Source: Catajapyx aquilonaris (lineage: Eukaryota). Taken from it: a stretch of DNA of 64,000 nt. The position numbers and the translations under genes were made by a program. Shown one piece after another: positions 1-12,588 of this stretch (positions within the stretch are counted from its first letter, which is position 1; each line of letters starts with the position of its first letter). Location: contig KZ538109.1 of the NCBI GenBank assembly GCA_000934665.2, positions 1 to 64,000 on the forward strand, given 5' to 3'. The notes below the pieces were generated by a model that saw only the letters and a program-made list of their open reading frames with translations, was not told the DNA's origin and did no database searches.

Positions 1-590
1 GCCGCAGTGGCGCTTTCCCATGTTAAACTCGCATAGACGGTGGCGACACTGCGGAATTTTTCCATGAGTCGCCGTAATAAGCCGTGGGATACTACTAGTA
101 GTTCAACTAACATTTAAGATAAATTAGGATATTCAATTTTAAGGTAATTAAGGTAATTAAATTTAATTATGCAACTTAATCTTTGTAAATGAAAACAGCA
201 AAATAATAATAGCGTTTTAAATTAGCCGCTATTTTAACAGAGCTCCCCACACGACCTGCCAGACTTTACCGGTCGTGCCAGGTGTCCCAGCACGTGCACT
301 AAACACTCGCAATACTGGTACCGACACCGACGAATCGATCAACTCCCTGAACCTCCCGCCGTAAATCTAGAGACCCCACGCCATTTAAAATGGCATCGTG
401 TTTACACTTATTTCGAGTAAATCTATCCTACCCATGCACCCAACCTGAACACACAAAAAAATACAACTTATGTCAACTGTAGCCGCCACTTGCACCCACT
501 TTACGATCCTCATTCGTTTATTTTTATAGAGGCCATATCCGGCAGTTCGGAACGTGAGATAAAGCCAATAGCCACGTAAATCAGATAGTC

Positions 591-622
591 GGGGGGGGGG
601 GGGGGGGGGGNNNNNNNNNNNN
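591..622. other. Poly-G run followed by an assembly gap (other gaps or Ns at 48873-48882, 18232, 46632, 60733)
   Basis: N characters adjacent to G/C homopolymers. Confidence 0.95.
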
Positions 623-935
623 GGAGGTAAAAACCGAAAAGACTAGAGGCAGGGTATATCTACCCCTGGCTCGAAACAAACAAGTTCATCTGACCTGTCA
701 CATCTCTCCGGTTCAGTTTCTTTTATGACTTATTCAGCGGTATCCAGCCTATCTCCCCCGGATCGACGCCATTCCGGCGAAACCTAGGCCCCGCGTAGAT
801 GCGTGCTAAGTGCAGGTCTGGCAGCTACTAAACTAGGCTGAAATATAACCCAAGCATGAAAAATTGACGCCTATTTCGTGTTTAAGCGTCCCCCCGTGAC
901 TGTGATTCATGCCTTCTCGTGAAACAAGGTTTTCA

Positions 936-995
936 TCTCTATTTATATAAAGCGGAAAGTTCGTTTGTATGTACGTCCGGGCTACCTAACTCACT
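936..995 (+). mobile_element. Helitron-like 5' terminus
   Basis: A|TCTCTATTTATATAAAGCGGAAAGTTCGTTTGTATGTACG shows a TC start after A, an AT-rich stretch, then GAAAGTT followed by GTTT/GTAT repeats. Similar to the copy ending at 3166. No 3' end located. Confidence 0.5.
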
Positions 996-3102
996 TTCAG
1001 ACTACTCGTTTGCCAAATTCCACCTGTGGCCATATATTGGATTCAAGATGGTGCCCGGGCCAATCAGTCTGTAACAATACTCTATCATCCCAAGATTGCA
1101 TCGTTCACTCTTTTTAAAAAAACTTGATCCTTTTATTCTGTTGGTGGGAGGGCCGCCCGGGGGCCACCCCTGGAGCGACAATGGCAGAAAACCCCCTTTG
1201 AATCCCACCAGGGTTACCAGAACGGGATGAGTGAATCTATCAGCCGTTTGCATCTCCCAGGCACAAAGCCTTCAAACAAACAGAAAGCAAAGGTTGGGGG
1301 AGGAAGGGATTTGAACCCCATCCCGTAGTCGGTTAAGTCATCAAAGAGTGGTGGGGGTGAAAGCTTCGGTTTTGATTTTGTGGGTCTGGTAACCCTGCGC
1401 GACCGCATGCGGAGGACGCCCCGGGTGGTACTCCGATTGTCATCGGCCTGTATTTGACGGCATGTCTGAAGCAACTTTTTTGTATATATCCCCCCCCCCC
1501 CGCACCCCCCAATGCTTTGTTGTAAAAGTATATTCTGATCATATGACGTCAGTGTCATAGTTGACATATCCGGCTCTCTTCACACCTCGTTCTATAGTAT
1601 GCCCATTGTCAATCAGGGTCGACTACACTCTTAACCATTTACCCTCTCTAGAGAAGGTAAATGGTGAGTATTGGTACCACTTTTTCAAGCAACGGCTCAA
1701 TTTGGTCGGCGCCATTGCGGTGTGGAAATGCCGATTCGAAGAAGGAAGTCATTATTCAATGCTTGGCAAGAAACAGCGGTTCTCACGTGACGACAACGAT
1801 GACGTGTCGGCACGTAAGGTTTTTACATCCAGATCAATTTTAGGGGGCGCTTGTGGAAAGGTCGTACAATTCAACAATGTGGGCTGTTGCACCAGTCATC
1901 ATCAGCTGATATCTGGATGAAAGATAGGTCTGGCCCCTAGGCTTTCTGAAAACCACAAGCCATCACCCATCACACTCCTGGAGACTCCTTCAAAATCCTT
2001 CGCTCTGGCGGATGAATCCAGAGGAGTGATGGATTCGCAGAAAGGCTCCCTTTCCCCAGCCAAATAGAGATGAATGACCCCTTTACTGCCGGGGATGGAA
2101 TGAAATATTTCATGTTCCTCCACTTTTCCCCCGTTTGCACTTTCTCACCTCCAGCTAGCCAAGGTTGTAACCTCTCCACTGCCGAACTTTTAGCTTTTTA
2201 CCCGCCCGGTAATATTTCATCAGCAGCCATTAAGATAGCCCTGGGTATTACCCCCGTGTGTGTCTCACCCCCCCTCTTCTCCATTTTTTTTTTGTTTCCA
2301 TCCAGGAAGGTTATCTATCTTCGGCAAGTAACTCGCTGTAGAAGTCAGGAGTGGCAGGTTCAATACTCAAAGTGACAAATATTAATGACCAGTCCGGGTG
2401 CGATTCATCAGTTTCAGTCGGAGCTTCTATCGAAAGATCAAGCACGTTCTCTATGTCGGGTGATCCATCACACCTGACTGATAGAAAGAAAAGTCATTTA
2501 TTTCCAGCCCAGAAAAGAGAGGGGGGGTTGCTAGGGTATAGGGAGGGGTGGAGCAATCAAAAGGGATTATCCTCCACGGTGGCGGGACCGCGGAAGGAAA
2601 AGCAAACGTGGATGTATCCACAAGGCGACATTGCACATCGGAGAGGAAAAAGCAGACATTTTGGAGTGGAGGATTTCGACCATTTTAAAGTACTTGGGTA
2701 AACTTGGGGGTCGTTTGATTAGAGTGGATATTGCAGTAAGCTTTTTTTTCCACAAAGTAATAACGCTGTATGTGTATTGGAGCCATTAGTTTTTTATATA
2801 CGGACATAAAATCGCTATATGGCTATTTTCTTTGGTATACTAGCCACATATCCCACCAAACATCACAAAACATTCTAAATTTTGAGTATTTAGACTCAAA
2901 ATATTGAAGTTTTAGAACTTTTTTATAAATCAGCTTATTGGTACACTGACGTCTTACTCAGAGTACTGAAACTTGGTTCGCTGACGTCTTATGGCACGTA
3001 AAGGCGGCTACACACGGGCAGGGTGCATCCGCAGTTGGAGTCGGAGTTGGACTCCACCCGCCGATGAGCGCCAGGCGGCAGTACTCTCAGTACTCTAAAA
3101 GT

Positions 3103-3166
3103 GGGTTATATAGCCGTTACATACATACAAACAAACTTTCTGCATTATACACGTATATATGTAAGA
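3103..3166 (-). mobile_element. Helitron-like 5' terminus
   Basis: Minus strand reads A|TCTTACATATATACGTGTATAATGCAGAAAGTTTGTTTGTATGTATGTAACGGCTA, the same pattern as 936-995. Confidence 0.5.
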
Positions 3167-4439
3167 TAAATTCAGAACTTCACATTCAAACTAACAATTT
3201 AAAAATTCTGACCCTGCAAAATAATATCTAGCAGGCCAGATGAAGACCACTCTCTCCGGGTTTTTTGGCAAAAGACGACCCCCCCCCCCCTCCTCCAACC
3301 CCTCCCCAGCATCTCCACCATCTCTCTTTTCCCCTGAAGCACTTGGGGGCCCCAGCTTTTGAAATATGGAGCAATCTGTTCTTGGAAGCACCCTTGACAT
3401 ATATGAATAGGCCCATTTCAGGAGCGCCATCAATAATATTCCTTGCTGTCGGAGTGAGAAAGGGTGTAGGATGCCGAAGCTATTAGAGGAAACTCACCTC
3501 CATCAATCATTCTTCCTTCCCATAATGCAACGCAGGGCTCTTGGCCCGGAAAACTCATGAACTCTACTTGGAGATGGAAGAGACACCCAGCGGACAAAAA
3601 ATGAAAGAAGGGTAAAAAGTAAAGATGGCTACGGCCAAAAAAAAATTTAAGAAAGTCTGAAGGTGGCAGTGGTGACAGGGAGGCCTGCAGGATTTTCCCC
3701 CCGGAAAATCCGGATGAAGAGCTGTCATCTCTCGACAGGAAGGTCTGCTTGTGGCCACCCCGGATAATACCGATGCACCGGAGTCTGATGGACATTCACC
3801 AGAGGAGCCTAGAGTGTGACATTACACACTACAGGGTTGCCATTTTCTAGAAATCAGAAAGTTGCAAGAATTTTGGTCACGAAAAAGGCTCCGGATTTTT
3901 TTTCACCCTCTGATTCTTCCGGTCCCAATCCTCTCCTACAAAAACCGAATTTCCGGACTCATTTCCGTAACGGCCTCGGTCACAAGAATCCCATGTCGAG
4001 CGTGAGCAAAAGCTGCAAATGGGGCGGATTTTGACCCCACTAGGGGCGGGGTTTTTTGGGACACTCCGGGAAAAAAAATTCGGGGGGGACTTGGAACAGA
4101 ATTGGTGTCCAGGTCGGAGGTGACCATCCGGGGATTTGAATAATGCGGGCGGTGGAAGGCAGATTCCGTGTTTGTTGCGGAGGCAATCAGTCAGCCAATC
4201 CCCTTTTCGCAAAACTGACTGCTATTTAGCTAGCCGGAAATAGAGGGAAACCGCATCTCGTGGCGGCCCCTGGGCAGATGCGCACAATATCTGTGGGATA
4301 CGCCCATGACCAATAATTTTATAGGAATTTTCGTACACCTATACACAAACTGGTCTACCTGCTCAACCAGCTTCTGCGCTACCGACATCTAGTTACAACT
4401 GGAAAAATTTTATTACATCTCATCGGACCTGCCTATTTC

Positions 4440-4725
4440 TTCCTGAAAGAGCAACTTAATTAGTGACACAGAGAAATTAATGAAACAAATGCATAAAGTC
4501 ATATTGTTATAAATTAAACATATAAAATAAATTAAATAATGACAAATAATACTCCAATACGAACTAAATATAAATATAAAATTGTACAAGTACAAAATCA
4601 ATTAAAAATATAAAATTGTAGAGAATAAATTAGACAAAATAAAAATGTAAAAAGCGTCCAAAATAAATTACATAAATATAAATAAAAAGTACATTAAAAC
4701 ACAATAAAGAACCGACATAATTTAT
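4440..4725. repeat. AT/A-rich low-complexity tract
   Basis: Composition seen directly; no ORF. Confidence 0.7.
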
Positions 4726-4749
4726 ACAGGTAACTTGTTTTAAAAATTG

Positions 4750-4803
4750 TACCCCGTGCTAGGGCCCTGGCCCTCTTAGGGGAGTCGTGGAATACCACCA
4801 TTT
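4750..4803 (-). mobile_element. 5'-truncated retroposon 3' tail related to the SINE at 57886-58349
   Basis: TACCCC..AGGGC...GCCCT.TTAGGG...GTGGA.TACCACCATTT aligns with 57911-57967 at roughly 70% by eye. Confidence 0.55.
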
Positions 4804-5113
4804 ACGGCCTACATCTTTGGGAGTGGTGTCAAAATTTTGCCCGTGTTTTCTATATTTGCAAACCACTTTTGCTTTTTGGAAACGGTGCCGAGGGACTTTG
4901 TAAAGCTTTAAAAAACGCAAAAAGAAGCCGATTGCGGCCGTTCCACTGAATTGCCATTTCCGTCGTTCCGGGCGCCACCTCCTGGGTGGCGACTCGCTTA
5001 CTTCTGCACTTCACCGTCGGATGTCGCTTCGATGCTGCCGCCTGGTGCAGGTCTCGCTCCACTTTCGCACTTCTGCCTAATTTTTTGCCAAATTTTGGCA
5101 AGTTGGTGCCTAG
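4803..5113 (+). mobile_element. Interspersed repeat, copy 1; Helitron-like 3' end
   Basis: About 310 bp is homologous, in inverted orientation, to 38863-39203. It ends with the hairpin TTGCCAAA-T-TTTGGCAA (5085-5101), then 8 nt, then CTAG|T, which is the canonical Helitron 3' architecture. Confidence 0.7.
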
Positions 5114-8100
5114 TATAACTATTAAAGCATGAAAAAGAAAATAACAACAATAGAAATTTTCTGCCTTCAAGAGGAGGCAGGCACGTGAATCACCACCAAC
5201 TCTATCGCCTTCGAGCACTATCTCCTTTCAAGGCTGAGATAGTTCTGATGTGACGCAGCTCAATTTGACCATCCGCCACCACAGTTCACATCGTCCTTTT
5301 TTTTCGTTCCCATTTTGTAGCCAGAAAAAAAACTCCCGAGACATGTCTTGTTCGTATAGGGCTCTTTGGAGAGGCGACAAGCCAGGCATAATCCCCGTCC
5401 AGTCCACAAAGCTGGCTTTGGAAAGGCCTTTCACACGGTTGCCCCTTCCGCTTCATGTCTCTATCTCCCTTGGCCTTTCCCTCACTCGATCCTAATTAAC
5501 TTGGAGCCCCCCCTACTTCATTCCCACACAGATGGCGACACCTACCGCTGATTTACACTATTTTTTTGTTACATCAAATGGAACCGGAATCAATACGCCA
5601 ATAGAAATCGTAAAACAGAGACAAGTTCTTTTGTCCAAAAACCCGGATTTTCCTTCCGATGTTGGCCATCTTGACCATCCTCCATGGCTCTTCATTAGAG
5701 GTTTTCCTTCTGCCCACTGACCCACAACCTAGCCACTCTGACAGGATTATCGCGGATCCCAAACCGCGCTGGAATTTGACCACAGAAGGAGAGGAGGGGT
5801 AGTAGCAGGGGCTTACGTCAGCTCCATCTATTTGCATGCAGAGAAGGTGAGATAGTCTGATATTCGACTACCATATGGGCTGGTTTCGCATAATCACTGG
5901 GGGTGTTCAATGCGCGTGATTAGCTAATCTGGAGCATGACTGGTCATTCTTCGCATTGACATGCTTTCAATCTGCGAATGACATGGCGCCATTGGAAAAA
6001 ATGATGTCGGCAATGAGCTGCTACGTAGATTAAACAGATTTGGCGCACGGAAGGCTGCATGTAGACAGGGTTTTTATCGTCGCATTAGGAATGACGTCTG
6101 GCTTCATTATCAATCCAACTAAATCAAATATGAAGTAGTGAACTAGTATAAAATGAAATTTAGCTACAAAGTCAAACTTCCTGTTGTAAAATATTTACAG
6201 TGGCATGAAAAAACCAGGTTAATTACACTGTCTAGATTACAATCATTAAGAATCCGCCATTTGCAGGCGCATCGCGATCGAATTGACTATAAAAATCGGC
6301 CGTATCATCCAGTCCTGTCGTTAATCGTCCCCATACCTGACATAAACCTCTGACAATACACCAAAACACAGGTGTAATTATTCCATGCCCTTCCATGTTT
6401 GCAATGTATCACGTCGGTTAAGATCTAAACAACTATACAACCCTGCCCTATCTTCAAAAGAAACACCTATAAAACCACGACCGATACCATCAAGCCCCGC
6501 GCACACCATAAAATTTTCATTTGCACTATTTATAACCAACGTTGTTTTCCCAACGGACATTCACGCGATGACTGATTCACACCAGCGCCCTCTTTCAAAT
6601 ATGGGGGGGCTCCCTGGCTTTTTGAGCTGAGCTTGCAGGGTTTTTTGAGGCCTTTCATCGGGCAGGGGCAGCCATCATCACCCTTCCAGTGTGCCTTGTG
6701 TCGGCCAGAACATCAGACAGCTGAGGGCAAGGCCCCCGGATCAAAACAACCTGTCGGAGGGGGGTCTTGTGCACTTGGGGGCTTATCACCTGGGACAAAT
6801 CCCCTGTCAATATGGCCGACGGGGGGTCTAGCCAGGAAAATATGGCCGACCTGGGTCCACGTCACGCTTTGAATTATTTTCGGGGCCTGCTGCGCGCGAC
6901 GGCCATGTTTATCCGGGGCTTTGCCATCAAGAAGTTTGCTCTGTCATGTTTGAACAGATCAGTGATGCATAGAACCAATAGAAAAATGTCTGAAGCTACT
7001 ATAAATATATGAAACAAAAACTGACAGACGGACGGAGCAGTTTTGATTATATAATACTTGATATAAATTTCTATATACACACACAACAAAAAGGAATATT
7101 CATCTGCCAACACCCTACTCAATCTAACACACCATCATGGCTGCATATTGAAATACACGACCACACGATCCCAAGTTTGGGGGTCCTTTCAAAACCAAGT
7201 TCTAAAGACACTCCTTACAAAAAGTCAGTGATTCATCCCCTAGAGTGATTAATGGCGGTGTTGATGGATAAGGAGGAACAGATGTCTTGCAAACCCGTCA
7301 TACTCTGCGGCTCTTGCGAGACCCCCGCGCAGTCTTTTGGAGACCGAGGGTAATTATGTTGTAAAATTAGCATACAAACTAGAAACTGGGGGAGGCCATA
7401 AAGTAGGCCTATGCGATAAGAGGGTTGTGATGTGCAAATTAAATTGCACGGCCATATTCAGCCATATTTGTGTAATAGTTTTAGGGTAGGAGTGGTCGAA
7501 GATGGCGAAAAAAAAAATTAAGTACCATGTCCTTCTAGGATCAAGTATATTTAATTAATAGAGCCTGTTCAGCTTTTTCTAAACTAGAAATTTGGTGTAA
7601 ATACTACTCCCATATCGATCACCCGGAGTAAAAGGAGGTCCTCTAAAGACCCTCTAGGTAGAAAAGCGCCAAGAATCTCCATCGTAATCCCTGATTTGCA
7701 TGTTAAAGACTTTTTGAACGAGTTAACATTTAATTAAATTAAAGGTACCGGTACCAGATGAGTCAACTCTCCAAAGAGAGTGCGATAATCCACTTTCACT
7801 CTTAACAATGTTGCCGCAGCCCTTCACTTATATTGTTACTCCATAAATCGGCAATAATGTCTATAGCGTTCTATAGGCTAATTTGTTATAGTTCATTAAA
7901 ATATTTTTTGAAAATCAAAAAGCAAATTTCCTTTTGTGAAAACATACATTGTCATTGTTGGCCACGATTGTGAGAGGGGTTGTCCACTGACAAAAAAATC
8001 CATGGCAGGTTAGATTGGCAGAAACCCTTCGCGGCACGACAACCCCGCTAGATCCAGATTATCACCATTCGGTTGGGTTGTCGTTGTCAATTAGGGGCTC

Positions 8101-9429
8101 CAGCCGCCAAAAGGGCTGGGGACAGGTAGCCGAGCTGTCACAAGTTTTCTGATGGCAGATCAAGTTACCTGCGGATGAAAAGCCACGCTTGATTCTCTTT
8201 TTTTGTAACGCTTCATCCGGGGGACTACATTTTTGTCACAAAAAAATGTCGCCCTTTGCGTCACACAGACCCTATGTTGAGCCAGATGGGGGAATATGCG
8301 AAATCTTGCCCCGAGTGACAGGAGGGGACAGGTCCAGATAAGTCTTTTCCACGACATGTCCTCGCTGTCAATCTGGCTGTCTGATAGCCACGCTTATGTG
8401 CGTCAACAGGACGTGACAACAGTCGCCTTGGAGAAATGCCTTGGGATGAACGATACCAAATAACAACACAGTTTCATTCCTAACAATGGACCTCACAGGA
8501 GTGTCTAAAATCGACATTTCCATTCTGGCGAGTGTTTCACACACGATACTATCGACTCAAATGATAGTATCGATTCAAACCGATGCTATCGACCCAGGAA
8601 GCGATCGTATCGACTGGAAAAATACAGTCGACTCCGAATGATGCTGAATCATCTGAACATCGATACCCCCAGAGCTGGCCTCTTGGAGACGGACAGACAG
8701 ACAGACAGGAGGGTTTAAGCCTGCACGGAGCTTCACGTCAGCCGTGATTAATACCAAATCCCACCACGACAAGCCTTCGACCTACATCTGTCATCTAGAT
8801 CCTTATTGATTCCATCAGCGGCCCTCCCAACCCCCGGACTGTCAAAGGAGGGACTTACGGGGGTCCGGTTATGGGGAATCATCCACTCAAGGGATGTACA
8901 AAAGCACATAAATTACCGGTATCCTTAGGTGACGGCGGCATGGAATGAAGATTTATACGCGGTTTCAGAGCTCGTTAGCCCTGGGCCCTATCGCTGCATT
9001 AATAACATCCTGGAGTAGGAAAATGTATATATCTACCAACCGTACTGTTGGATGGTTGGGGGTGAGGGGCCCTCAAGGGGGGTAGTGCTGAATGGCAGGC
9101 TCGCGATTATGCAGCCGGGATCCCCGCGATTACAAATTAGTCCCCGATGACAAGAAGAAGACATGACGCTGGCAACGAAAACGAAGTGCTCCCTTGGTAC
9201 CTAAGAGGGAAGAGGAGGAGTGAGTGTGGTCCAAAATGACACGGCGTCTCGACTTGGAAGCGTGTCTGCCATCTTGGATTCCAAAGAGTGATGAGATGGA
9301 GTGGGGGTGGTGGAGGAGAAAAAGTGTCAGATTTTTTATATTTTTAAGATGGAGGGGTTTGAAGATGAAGATGGGTGGCACGTGCTGGGAGATTTGGTTA
9401 TGAGGGTTTATAGGACCTGCACTACTGTA

Positions 9430-9612
9430 GGTTTGGATTACACTTTGGGTGCAGTTTGATGCCACTATTTCTGTTGGTAACAGTGGAGGATAGCAGGCAA
9501 TACATGATGCCAAGAGCAAAATCAACTGACAATGGTCTACATGGTGATTAAGATAATTTTCATCCAGGAGTTGTACATAAAACTGATCAGTGACAAGATT
9601 GCCAACTGATGC
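9430..9612 (-). pseudogene. Possible decayed LINE (CR1/L2-type) endonuclease fragment
   Basis: The minus frame QFYVQLLDENYLNHHVDH resembles the F..LL.DN.L.QHV..PTR segment of APE endonucleases. The remainder is degraded. Confidence 0.3.
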
Positions 9613-10878
9613 CATCTCATCTGTTTAGTACCCTCACCGTATTTCTTACCCAATTGACGTTTTTCACCCCCCAACACAAGCTCATACCCGATTCAGGTCC
9701 TATCCTACCATCCCTTAATTTTCCACCACCCAGCCATTGAAACCACGTGGGTGGAAATGCTAAGTGGCAAGTGTTCAATTGATTTGATTTTAACATTCGC
9801 TCTCGTTCATCGTGATGTTTCTCTTCTCCGGAAGGAATGGGGAAGGAGGAAGCAAGGATATAGAGAAGGGGTTCCTTTTATTGGATCCGGATCCTAACTG
9901 GAGAATTCGTCTTCGCCAGAACCAACTTCCAGAGGACCCATTTTAATCTAGGGGACTAGACTTTGGCTCACATTATTAGGATATACGGTTCACAACTATT
10001 ACTCCGATTTATTTCCATGTATTATTGAAGAACGACGACTGTTGTACCAATTCAAGTAGACTGTCTTATCAGTAATATGATATTGCGTGTATGCGAATTT
10101 AGTAACAAATCAACATGGTTTCTTCCACTATGAAGTCCACCTGGATCAGCTCCAAGAAGTAAGAGGGAATACCTGGTTCCCTGCGAAACTCAATTCGGAC
10201 TGCGCCACTCTTCGAAATGTATTGACGTTTTGACGGATAGCGACCAATCCGCGCAAAACATTCGGGGCGTCACGAAAACGAAGTGCAGCTCCCGGTGTCG
10301 AATTTATTACCCAAAGGCCGTTTTTGGCGGCTTGCCAAGAAGCTGAGTTTTTTCTCCTTCGCTCCCCCCTCCCCGCCTTCCCCCTCCTCCAAAACCCAGG
10401 TTTTTTGGGGGAATAGAAGGGCGTTTAGCAAGACCCAGCCTACCCCCCTACCCCACTGCTTCTTGGCAGGCAAAAATTTATCGGCGTAATAAGGGGGAAA
10501 TATTAGCTTCCCTTGTAGGATTTTCTTTTTTTAAAGGGGGGAAAGGGGGGCTAGAAGGGGGGGGGTGTCCCGAGGAGCACCCCCTATCAGTCCCCCCCTC
10601 TGGTAGAAGGGGAGAAGAAGCTCTCCGTCCAAGATGGATGGCCCCCGAAAGGAGACTCCTTTTTCACCCTCCGTTTCTCTTCCCAGACAAAGATTTAGTA
10701 GCTTTCACCCTGTCCAGAATTTAAATATCCGTCCTTATTAGCGTTTAATACCGTCTCCCCTTCTCTAACGGTCATGCATCAATGACAATTTCTCCGCAAA
10801 GAGATTGCTCCCCAGCCTTGAGACGGCTAGGCCTACAGACATAAGGACATTATTGGATAGTCTGATGCATTATATGTC

Positions 10879-11060
10879 ATTTCGTCACTCCTTACGATAC
10901 CTGACATATCAGAGTACTTGTACTGGGACAATTAGGCCTATATGGTACCGGCTGCAAGTCTGTTAGGAACATATAGGGCTAGGCCTAGCTAGGCCTAGTC
11001 GTATCCCGGGTTAGACACATGATTTCGTCACTCCTTACGATACCTGAAATATCAGAGTAC
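10879..11060. repeat. 39-bp direct repeat, 143 bp apart, with a weaker third copy near 11270
   Basis: ATTTCGTCACTCCTTACGATACCTGA(C/A)ATATCAGAGTAC at 10879-10917 and 11022-11060. Confidence 0.85.
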
Positions 11061-12441
11061 ATGCCGCGGGCTTGGGCAAACCTATACTGTAAATATAGCA
11101 ATGCTATAAGCCTATGAAGAACATGAAGGGCTAGGTCTAGCCCCTGTAAGAAGTTCAGGACATACTTGGCCATTGTTACATCAGCCCCTACCGTATCTAT
11201 CATATCATGACACTGGTTCTGATAAAAAAATATCCGAGGTCTAGTCATAGGGTGCGACATAACACGTGATTTCGTCAGCTCTACCCTCCCTATAGAGTAT
11301 TATTCACGTGTCAGGGATTGATTTTTCCTCCTCCAAACTTGGGGGCTTGCTTTTCTTCCCGTCGGGTCCGCCCCGTAATGGTGTCGTAATGTGTCACTTA
11401 CAAGTCTAAAGGCCTATAGCGCAGCCAATCGACGTTTAGTCTAAGTGAAAATCAATGATGCCGAGCCCTGACAGTCTTGGATTATTTATGATATTCATCA
11501 AGCCGGCAGAGAGAACAGGGCTTTCAGGCTAAGTCCCTGGTTGGATGGAAGAAGTGCCTTTTCTTCCCTAGAAACCAGGCCTACGGGGAATTTAGGCTTC
11601 TATGCGCCAAGGATCACCGAAGTAACGAAGAAAAATGGGTTTCGACCAGGTACAGTTTCATATGCAAGGCTCATCAGTTGGTAACGTTAGTGACGTCACA
11701 CCTTCCCAGTTCGCTCGCCATCCAAATTCCCCGCGCTTTTCCCAAGCTTTGCAAGTCCACCGTCAGTCGTCGCCACCTTCCCACCTCCAAAAAACCCACG
11801 GTGCCAAAAAAGAATCAGAAAAAGCGGGCCGATGTAGCCATGATCCTTCCTCCCTTCCTCCCCTAACCTCCTCCTCCCCATCATAAAATTAAAGCCGCTG
11901 TTGACCGCTTCCTGTCGGGCGAGCCATGATGGATGGCGCCGCTTTTCGCCCGGCTGCGTCACTCCTAATGGCTGTGGTTTGCGCGGGCAAGATTACAGGC
12001 CTTGGCGGCCAGAACAGGATATTTACAATCCGCCAGCCCTCCTCTGACGGACAGAATGACAGGCTGGCTGGACGTAATACCAACACGCGATGGCCAGAGG
12101 TGCGCGTGCACCAGCGCCCAGATAAACACTCACGGGTGTAATAACAGTGGCCTGGATACCCAAATTGCAAGGGGGATCGGGGCTAAACACAGTAATTTCC
12201 CAGGCCCTGCTCCGACACTCGGGGAAATGAGCTCCAAGCCTGACGTGCGCCTACCACATCGGTCTGCATGACCAGACCGGACAACAACAATACACTGTCT
12301 TATATGCACAGCTTATTCCACCACTGGACGACTAGCTGACATACACATCGTAGGAACTGATATAGAGTGCACCGTTTGGACCGAATAAGGACATCAGTGC
12401 CCAATATGATTTTTATTTACCTTTTTCTATTGAAGAGGTAA

Positions 12442-12588
12442 GACCCATTTACAGGCTGACGGTGCTAACGAAAGTAGGAACGGTCAGCCAATCAGAATGT
12501 TCCACGTCACTAGAACGTAGCAGCGGGGAGCATTCTGGTTGGCTGACCGTTACTGCTTCCGTTAGGATCGTCATCGTGTAAATGGGCC
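12442..12588. mobile_element. Small palindromic MITE (147 bp), TA/TTAA flanks
   Basis: ~62-bp arms GACCCATTTACA...TGTAAATGGGCC with about 10 mismatches. Flanked by GTAA on the left and TTAA on the right. Confidence 0.8.

Noticed and set aside
2829..2860. miR-9-like TCTTTGGTATACTAGC
   Set aside because: No pre-miRNA-length hairpin or star arm.
6430..6456. let-7-complementary 12-mer AACTATACAACC (similarly a miR-2-like 13-mer at ~60229 and an iab-4-like 12-mer at ~24203)
   Set aside because: Short chance matches without an intact seed plus hairpin.
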